DNA of 64,000 nt from Schmidtea polychroa. Lineage: Eukaryota. A model generated the notes under the pieces. The model was given only the letters and a program-made list of their open reading frames with translations, was not told the origin of the DNA and made no database searches. The translations under genes were made by a program, and so were the position numbers. Where the stretch lies: NCBI GenBank assembly GCA_044892525.1, contig CM097885.1, positions 29,328,001 through 29,392,000 on the forward strand, written 5' to 3'. Below are positions 1-9,700 of this stretch, one piece after another. Every line of letters begins with the position of its first letter. The first letter of the stretch is position 1.

Positions 1-978
1 AAGTTGTTTTAATTTTATTATCCACGTAAATTCTCATAAAAAATTTAATTCTCTGAGATGAAAATAAAGTTTGATTTGAATAATTAATTCATTAGAAAAA
101 AAAATTTGCAATCATAAAAAGTAATTTAGTTGTTTCAAAAAAATTTTTAAATTAAATTATATTTTGTTGGAATCATTTTTTCCTTTTCGAAATATTATGT
201 TTTTTTTTTGGATTCCACGTTATTTACAACCCCAGTCAAAATTTGATATTTGCTGTGGTTGTTGTTATTGTTCAAGATGAATAAGGTTTACCAAAAATAT
301 GGATAAAATTGTGGTTAATAACGGAGTTGAGCAGTTGATGGGGTATGCTTGTGTGTCTGTCTGTGTGTGTCTTTACGATTAAGTAGTTCACGGTACTTGT
401 ACATTAATCGGGGTTCTTTGTGTGTATCTATAAATGAGTGCACTTGCGTGTATGTGTGTGTCAATTTTCTTCAAAATTCATCCCAATGGTGAATGTATTT
501 CAATCTGATTGGTCAGTCATTCTACTTGTCAGACACAACCGCAAATTTTATTATCGACCCGGGAACAAAAATTAGCTCAACCCAATAACAGAATTGGTTG
601 TTTTTAAATATTTCTAGGGAGCGCATATTGAATTTTGGAAGCCATTGTGACTCGAATTTTCTGGGGCTTTTATTTTGATAAACCACTGATAAAATTTTTT
701 ATTTTATTGATTGCGGAAATCGATTTTTATGTGCAAAATATATGCCTAATTTATTCTCAGTTGCAAGGTAATTTATTTTTATTTTTTTTTCTTTCATCAT
801 TATTACTATTATTATTAATATTATGATTTAAAAATAATTTTTTGTTATTAATAACTTGTTGGTTTATTTCGCTCGCAGCATGGTAAAAAGTTAATCTCCC
901 CCGCACCGACCAACTGTTTACTCAGCCTGATAAGGTATCTGCGATGAACATTAATATTCCGAATGAATTTTTTCTTAT

Positions 979-1120
979 CCTGCGGTTTTTGACGTAGCCG
1001 ATACCGATAGGCTCTATAATAATTTTACCCTGTGGTTTCTTACGTAGCCGTGCTGATAAGCTTTCTAATTAATTACTCTGTAGTTTGTCAACGTAGTCTG
1101 TACTGATAAGCGTTCTATAT
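979..1120. repeat. Three degenerate ~48-nt tandem repeats in the 3' internal region of the retroelement
   Basis: Units of the form ctg(c/t)ggttt..acgtag(c/t)c..ctgataagc..cta repeated three times. Confidence 0.75.
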
Positions 1121-1657
1121 AAGTTTCTGCTTTACCACTTTTCGTTAGTTTTGTCTTGCCAATCTTGAAGTAAGCATTTTATATTTTCTTTTTCTTTTTC
1201 ATATATTTTTTTTTGAATTTTAGTAACGCCATCCCTCAATTACTATGGACGTAAGTGATTACTTATCTTTTGTTATTTTTTGTATTTGTGATTCTTTTTA
1301 CCATGCTGTCCTCAACTACCCTCATAGTAACCGAACACTTGCAATCGCTGTCGAGGGTAGCCAAACCCCGGTGATTGCAAGTGCTCGTGTTGCTTATTAA
1401 ATTAACTTATTGATGCTTATTAAATTAACTTATTTACTTTTTAATTTTAATTCGTTAATTTGTTTATGCAACTACCTACCCTCATGTTTTGGGTCATATA
1501 TTTTTGATTTTTGATTTTGTATTTATACTAAAAGCAAACCTCTAATTACAGCTACTCGTATTTTTCTGACAATTTTAGCCGTATTTATACTTATTAATTT
1601 ATTACGTAATTCTTAAAATCAATTACTTCCCTGCACTAACTATTTGTCGAGGGCGCC

Positions 1658-1960
1658 ATGGTACGGAGTTTTACCTAGTATTTATTTCATTTTTCTTTTC
1701 AACCCTTACTATTTTAGGCTGTCCCAGAACCTAAGTTTGAGCATCTCGATGTTATGCAATGGTTATTTGACTGCCATACTAACAGGATTTTTAATTTCTT
1801 TTTCAGGGTCCCTTTGCCACCGCGTCGAAAGGGATTGAAACGTACCTTTGCCTGTGTGGATACAGGCAGTAGGTTTGAAAGACGCCCGCCTTGCAATGTA
1901 CGCAGGGAATGGGACTGTGGCATCCAAAGTCCCGTTCTGTTGGACTCTGATGACGAATAA
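1658..1960 (+). CDS. Putative 3-exon small protein (~66 aa) antisense to the retroelement; exons 1658-1660, 1718-1761, 1807-1960
   Basis: gcgccATG|gtacgg...ttttag (57 nt intron; skipping it removes a TAG). Second intron gttatt...tactaac...tttcag (45 nt). Frame is continuous (MAVPEPKFEHLDVMQWVPLPPRRKGLKR...DSDDE*) and AATAAA follows the stop. Confidence 0.5.
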
Positions 1961-2419
1961 AACTTTGAATAAATGTTCAGCTTACCTTTGTTTTTAATTT
2001 ATGCTAGAAAGGGTGGGGTAATTGTGTCCCTCTTCGCGATTAGTCTTTGTTACTACTAATGTGAAATTATTCCTTACTTATTTATAATTTTGTTCTCTCG
2101 CCCAGTGGGTTACCCATTGCTATATAGTTATGCTAATTCATTAATTACTAATCAGCCATATTATTTATTTCTAATGCTCATTTAAGGTAGTCATTTCATT
2201 ATTTGCAACATTTATCTGAGTTATTCTATTTGCTCGTTTATCTTTGTTCATTTTTATCTATTATTCATTCATTTAATTTATCACTTTTTTACTTATTTAT
2301 TTATATCAATTTGTTTATTCATTTGATTATTTGTTAATTTACTTATAATTATTTAACTATTATTTTTTTTCTCGAGGACGAAAAAACACCAACAGGGTCC
2401 GTTGAAATAATTTATTTTT

Positions 2420-2665
2420 TTAGTCTAATTGATTTATCTCACCATCATCTTCCGATTCCTCCATTTCTTCTACTCTCATTCGAAACATCGCGAAATCGGC
2501 TTCGTGTTGAAACAATAAGATTTCCAAACGGTCCAACCGCCTTTTCAGACGGAAGTTTTCTTCCTCCAAATCTGTTATTCTGCCCTGCATGCTACGAAAC
2601 TTTTGTTTTAGTTCTTGCGTACTTGTTTTACACTCTTTGCATGTCATCCCCGAGGCTTCTTGCAT
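2420..2665 (-). CDS. 81-aa coiled-coil/leucine-zipper-like accessory protein with CxxC and acidic tail
   Basis: Heptad pattern ITDLEEENFRLKRRLDRLEILL; acceptor-like tttcAG 3 nt upstream of the ATG; same strand as the element. Confidence 0.55.
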   Translation of the reverse strand: MQEASGMTCKECKTSTQELKQKFRSMQGRITDLEEENFRLKRRLDRLEILLFQHEADFAMFRMRVEEMEESEDDGEINQLD

Positions 2666-2845
2666 TCTCTGAAATTAAATGATAGTTATTTTTTTTTGTA
2701 TCACTCTTTATTCGCAAAGCATCAACACCTCGCTTCGAATCTCAAACAAATTACACAGTTCATCCTATGGTACTTATAAAACATGCACATTGTTAATATA
2801 AATGTAATATATTTTTTTTTATACACTATTCATGCAGATCACAAT

Positions 2846-3972
2846 TTATAGTCTTGTCTCATAATATGAATATGATGGTGGTTGAAGGATAGTTAGTTGT
2901 CTCTCTTTTACACATATCAAGATGGTGATGATTATGAATGTTATTGATAAGATGAGAAACCCTGTTATTAGAATGTAAATGAGATATTCACAATAGTTGA
3001 CTGTCAAATCCGAATTTATCATCATTAGTTTATTTGAGTTAGGTTTTGTCGTCTCTTGGGTCGGTAATTGAAAAGGTGATGTGGTTGTATCTGATTTTCG
3101 TTTCGATTCATTGATTGTCTTGACTTCCACGAAAACTGTTTGCCATCTGCCTGGATCGGTTATCCATCGCTGATATTTAACTGTTAATTCCCATGCCGTC
3201 TCTAAATCAGAAGTGTAAAGTGTAAAAAAATGATTACCGGCATCTAATATAGTCAGGGTTTTTTGTTTGTAGATAATAACAACTCTTTCATCATTTCCTG
3301 ATTTTCTATATATCGTTACCGGTCCATTTCCAACACTCAGGGTTATACGATTTGACTCGTCTCTGAGATAGATAGACTGGGTCTCACTCTTAAATCGTGA
3401 CCATTGGTTTCTCACTACCGTTCCATTTTCGAGGCATATGTTCTCGTAGTAGTTTGCATTAACTGAATAATTTTGATTCATTTTCAATTTCTCGTAGCGG
3501 ATAAATGATTTTCGCGAGTTAAGGGTGTCGACATTTAACCCTTGAAATGTGATTCGCACTTTCACCAAGTCCACTGGCTTCCAATATATATATTGATTCC
3601 GTTTATCTCTGGTTCTATCTCGATCAAGTTTCGCATCTCTTTTGTGTGCAATTCTATCGGAATTTGCGTGTACCACTTTGACATGTTCTGTCTCAACAGC
3701 CATTGGTATTTGTAATTTGGCTTTAACCTTCGTACCGCAACTATATCTCTATCATAATTCAGTTCTACCACTGGTGCCGTATTGTCTAGTAGATTAATAA
3801 TTTCTATTTGGTCTGCGATCTCGCATTTACAGCTCCATACTATATTTGTTAGAGTGGAATATATATGTATTTTCTCCATTCCTCTGATTTTGTTTACCGC
3901 ATATGGTAAATCAATTTTTTTGCCGCTCGCAACTGTTACTAACATCAGCATTATTGCTACATATAATATCTT
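2846..3972 (-). CDS. Type I membrane protein fused after integrase: signal-like segment, two FN3-like domains, S/T-rich stalk, TM, PPSY tail; frameshifted at ~3585-3593
   Basis: KILYVAIMLMLVTVASG (3922-3972); IVW...RRLKPNYKYQW; removing one AT from the (AT)n run restores GINIYWKP...KLKMNQNYSV; TM ~2910-2987; QPPSY. Confidence 0.7.
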
Positions 3973-6723
3973 ATTGATGTAGCTGACTGGTGTTGGATTT
4001 TTCGTGAATTTCTGTTTCAATTTTGTTTGACCCGTTACTTTATTCTGCTTGGATCTTAAGGGGTATCTAGATTCATCTTCCTCTGGCACTAGTTTACATC
4101 GATTTGCATGCACAATCATCGGGTTAGCTTTTTTACTCCTGAATGGTAATAACTTCAAATTGGTTTCGGTGGTGTCGCACACTTTGTAGGGTCCTTTAAA
4201 TGGTCTTTGCAATTTAGGCGATAAACCTTTGAGAGGTTCCGGTCTGTTCAGATATACTAGATCTCCAATCTTTATGCCATGCGCATGTGCTTTTTTATCG
4301 TATGATTCTTTATATTTCTCTTGGTTGTGCTTTATTGTCAAACCGGCTTTAGTCCATACTGACTGCATTCTTTCTTGCATCAATGCTTTATAATCGGGTA
4401 TCTCCATATATTGTGAAATTGGTGGTTGGAATTTGAGATCAATCGGCATATTATTTTTCCTTAAATACATCAAGTAAAAAGGAGTTTCTCCTGTACTTTG
4501 ATTTACTGCATTTCTGTAGGCAAATAGACACGGCTTTATGAAGTCGTCCCAATCTTTCTGTTTTCGATTCACATATGATGAGATCATATTTATCAGTGTC
4601 CCATTAAATCGTTCCACCAATCCATCAGTTTGTGGATGATATGGTGACGTATTCAATTTCCAAATTCCAAATAAGTCTGTGATTGATTTAAACATCTCAC
4701 TTTGAAAGTTCTTTCCTTGATCAGTTAACAATTTCTTTGGAGTACCATAGCGAAATATTATGTTTTCCACAAATATTCTAGCAATCGTATCTGCTTTTTG
4801 GTTTGGAATAGCGTATGCTTCTGGCCATTTGGTAAAGTAGTCACAAAAAACAACAATGTATTTGTTTCCTTTTGTTGTTTCCGGTAATGGTCCCAGAATA
4901 TCCATTGCCGTCATCTCCATTGGTGCTGCAGGTACTGGCATCGGTTTTAATGGTACTTTAATCTTTTTACCAGTATTTCTGCGAGTGATGCATACTTTGC
5001 AACTGTTACACCAATTTTTCACGTCTTGTTCCATTGTTCGCCAAAAGTATTTCAATTTTAATCTTGATAGCGTCTTGCGCGTTGACAAATGACCTCCCAA
5101 CGCTCCATCATGATACTGCATCAGTAATGCATCTCTGTGCTTGACTGGTATAATAATTAATGCTTCCCCATTTTTCCAACATTGAAGTATTCCATTTTGA
5201 ATTACATATTTGCTGTTTGCATCTGTAAGTCGTTTCCAGTCTTGTTCTTTTCTTATTTTGACCGCTTGTTCCATAAATTGTTTTAATTCACTATCGTTTT
5301 CCTGATCATTTTGAAGTTCAGACATATCATTAACAGCTTTGATTGCTGCGAATATAGTGCCTTCCACTTTTTCAGGTGTCCCTTCACTATTATTTTCTGG
5401 GATTCTCGACATTGCATCTGCATTCGCGTTAGCTTTACCTGTCCGGTATTTAATCTCAAAGTCGTATTCTTGGAGGGCAATTGACCATCGTATTAACTTA
5501 CTGGCTGAATCTCTGTGTTTCATTAACCACTGTAATGGATTATGATCTGTATAAACAGTAAATTTTCTGCCCAATAAATATTGTCTAAAAGTAGTAATTC
5601 CATACACTAACGCTAACCTTTCCTTTTCAATCGTTGAGTAGTTTTTCTCGTGAGGCCTCAATGATCTGCTTGCGTATGCTATTACATGGTCCTTTTCACC
5701 TTCAAATTTTCGTCCCAATACTGCACCCAATGCAACGTTGCTTGCATCCGTCATCAAGATAAATTGTTTTGTAAAATCTGGACATCTTAATATAGGAGTT
5801 GTTACTAATTTCTCTTTTAATGTATTGAAAGCGTTTTGTTGCATTTGTCCCCAAATAAATTTATTGTTTTTCTTTAGTAAGGTATTCAATGGTTGTGCGA
5901 TATGAGAGAAATCTTTTATAAATTTTCGGTAATAGCTAGCCAAACCTAAAAATTGTCTAACCTCATCGGCATCTTTTGGTACTGGGTACTCTTCCACTTT
6001 TTTGATGTTATCTGGATTAGTTTGTAACCCTCGCCGTGATATTATATGTTCTACATAAATCACTTCTGCTTTGCCCCATTCACATTTCGATGGTTTGATT
6101 TTTAATTTTGCACTTTTGAGCCGTTTAAATACAGTTTCTACATCTTTCAGATGTTCTTCAAAATCATTTGAAAATATTATTATATCGTCGATATATACCA
6201 ATGCATGTCGAATTCCTCGTAACACATAATTCATTCCTCGTTGGAATGTAGCTGGGGCTCCTGTTAATCCAAATGGTAACACATTGAACTCATACAGTCC
6301 TTTGCCATCCGAGAACGCCGTCTTTCCTCTATCTTCCTCTTTTACTCTAAATTGATTGTACCCTTTGTTTAAATCAATAACTGTGAAATATCATGCCTCT
6401 CCCATTTGATCAAACATTTCTTGGGGTACCGGAATTGGATAAGTGTCTTTCCTTGTAACTTGATTTAGCTTCCGATAATCTACGCAAAATCGTAAGTCTC
6501 CATCTTTTTTCTTAACTATCACTATTGATGAGGAGAATGGTGACGCGCTATCTCGAATTATTCCAAATTCCTTCATTGCTGTAATCTGTCTATCGCTTTC
6601 ATCTTGATGAACGTAGGGGATTCTGTATGGCTTTATTTTTATTGGAGTTTCGTCTAATAACGGTATTTCATGCTCAATTACATTGGTTAAACCTAAATCA
6701 TATTCGTGTTTAGCAAAGATATC
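3973..6723 (-). pseudogene. pol: pol: reverse transcriptase, RNase H and integrase; in-frame TGA at 6391-6393
   Basis: RFCVDYRKLN, PFGLTGAPATFQ, YIDD, TDAS, TDHNPL, H-H-C-C zinc finger, MDILGP/TDQG/GLVER (DDE), KGPYKV. The sequence between the ORF-track pieces translates in the same frame. Confidence 0.97.
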
Positions 6724-9700
6724 TCAGTATTTTCTCAACAGTTTTGTAAATTCCTTTTTCTGCATCTCATTTAAATCATTGCTTACCACTTCAGGCTCCT
6801 TATACACTTTGACGTTTCTTGGTATTTTGCAATTTGTTTCAATAGACATTTTTGATAATTTTCCCAATTTTGTTTTTGGGTGTAGCTGAACCGGTTTCTT
6901 ACTGCTATTCGTTATATGGACTGGTACTATCTGATTTTCCACTTTGACAACTTCGTCACATATCGGTAAATCATATTTTTCGACTAGCGTTTGATTTGGT
7001 TCGAATATAAAATCACCATTATCCACACTCATGGTATTTGCACAATATACCATCTCCGATTGTGGTGGTATTGTCAATGTCTGATTCACAAACACTTCAC
7101 CTGCCCTGTGAATTATTTCTCCTGTTTCTCCTGCTATCAAATTACCTGTCTTTAAATCAAGTGAGACTCCGTCCAGCTGCTCTAATATATCCATGCCGAT
7201 CAGACATCGTACTGGACTTCCCTTCATTATGAGCGCATCGTGCGCTATTATTCGATCTCCAATATGGAATATGACGCTAAGTTGTCCAATTATGTTTAAT
7301 TCATTTTTTGATAATGACCTCACTATTTCGTCGGTAGGCTTTATTCGCATTTTTTCCTTCGCGTTTAATACATTTTCCGATACTATTGTGTGACTAGATC
7401 CCGAATCGACTAAAGCTTCCACTTTATGTTTGTTCATTTGTATAAATATTCGGGGTTGCTTTCCTCTTTTTGTTAATGTCATCATTGAGTAGTTGCATGG
7501 TAAGCCTAACATATTTTTTCTCTCGATCTCTGCGCTAGAAGGCTCGATTCTCTCTCCTACCATTCCTTCACATTGTAATGCGATATTTTCCACTGGTTTC
7601 ATCTCTCGTAATCGATCAACTGGATACACTGGTGATGGTTGCATAAATGATTTTGGTATACACAGTTTTGTAAACGTGTCTACGCTACTCGCATTCAACA
7701 GTGGCTCTTTTAAGATTTGATAGGTTCTTAACGCTTCTTTATTCATTCCACTTAGTTCTTGATTGTCAACATATAACGGTGCACTATCACCCTCGTCATT
7801 GTCATTGTTCTCGTCCCTTGAAGGGGTTGTACTAGCGTAGCTCACCTTTTTCTTCTTTAATATTCGAGCCTTGAGTATCTCCAACTCCTGATATTGATGA
7901 TGAGTAATGAAGAATCTAGCCAATAATGGTATGCAACCAATTACTAGTTTCCACGACCAACCTGTGATCGCATATAATCTGTGTGTTGATAGGACCTGCG
8001 ATATTATTACTTTGATTACAACACATATTACATAAATTCCAATCAATCCGGCACATGCTTGTCCAATGAACATAAACTTTCCCCAGATCTTTTTCATTGT
8101 ATTATACGTCGCTTTCTTGTAATGATCTGGAATTAACAAATACTCATAATTTACCTTCCCACTTCCGCTTGGGAGAATTGTATCTACCATTTCCATTATT
8201 ACTCTTTCTTTCTTTGATGGAAATAACAAGTTTCTGCGAGCTTCCTCAATGTCTTCGTTCGAGTAAATTCCACTTTGCGACAATTTTTCTAACGACGTAA
8301 AATTTACCAGATATTGTAATTCTGTCAATTCTAAGTTTTCCGGTGTCTTTACTTCTCGATGATCTGGTAATGCAATCCAAGATTCTGGTGTTAGTCTGTA
8401 TAATGGTGCTAACAATCTATTGCACTGTAATACTTTCGGTTTCGCGTCCTCTTCCAATAAGATTCGTGTTACAGGCTCCATAAATCGCAACTTTCCATTT
8501 AAATTCACTGGTAACTCGTTGGTGCATTGGTCATACTTTGTCAGTTTAACTGGTACCGCTTTACATTTATAGCTATATAGTGCTTCACCGAAAATTCTGG
8601 CGAACACTCCATTTTCTGCAATTAACATTGGTGCTACCAAATTAGGATTGGTTATAGCCATTGCCATCCGATTTCGGAGTATTTCTTTGTTGAGATTGCA
8701 ATCATTTATAATAACTTCTCGGTACACATTTTCAACAGTATTTTGACCAAAGTGAAATAAATAATCTATTTTGTTATTAAAGTAATTTGTCAACTTAATA
8801 TCTCCGGCATGTATGTTTGTTTGGGCCTCTGTAATCATCTTCTGAGATACATATATACCTTTATAATTTGTCTCATAGACACTTTGTCCACACTTTGTTT
8901 TAGTTTCTTTTCTCAGGAATCGCATCCCATCTTCCTCCGAGGTTGACATTAACACTGTTGGAGTATCTTTCATCCGTAGAGGTGTGATTCTTGTTGTTGT
9001 ACTCGTTGCTGGATCCATTCTTATTTTCTCAGGCTTTTCCCTGATCTGTTCTCCCGTTATTTCTTTAAAACTCATTGACTTCAATTGCACTAAATTGCAC
9101 TTTTTGGTATCGACATCGTACACCAAGATTGATTCTCCTGTCTGACAGCTAGATTGTTTCATGTTGCAGAATGGATGTGTTTGTAGTTTACCAGTATCAT
9201 CATCAAATGATCCATCAAATTCTCTTAATTCTGACATGTACTCTTCCACAACCACGGCTTTGTCCATTATAGCATCGTCTACTTTGTATGGCTCGCCTTG
9301 GCAATCACCATTCGACTTTATTATCCCTCGCACGGTTACAGTCTCACGGATTTTGTGGTTAAGCTTTGCTTGTAGTTTGAGATCTGCATTGATTTTCAAC
9401 TGTCCTGTTTGAAAGGCTGCCAAACAATTCTCTGGAATTATTTCTATCGGTCTAGGTATCGATTGCATTTTCACCATCGATGAGTGACTCCATTTTCCAC
9501 AATAAAATACAAAAGTAGTTCGTTTCACTGTACACTCTCTCACCTTTGCTCGTCGAAATCCCGATTCTTGATATACATAATATTTTACTGGATTTGTCAC
9601 TTTAAATTTTACTGGATATGCATCTGAACACTCTGCTACGTTTACCAACGAATATACTCTTCCTATTTCGGTTTGGGAGCAGTCGTATGCCACCAATGAA

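Noticed and set aside
979..1120. CRISPR-like array
   Set aside because: Eukaryotic context, degenerate tandem units without unique spacers, no cas genes
6391..6726. Two TGA stops in pol as programmed readthrough or selenocysteine
   Set aside because: Both sit where Arg/Lys fits (GA-R-YF, KY-R-DIF); simple CGA-to-TGA nonsense mutations explain them
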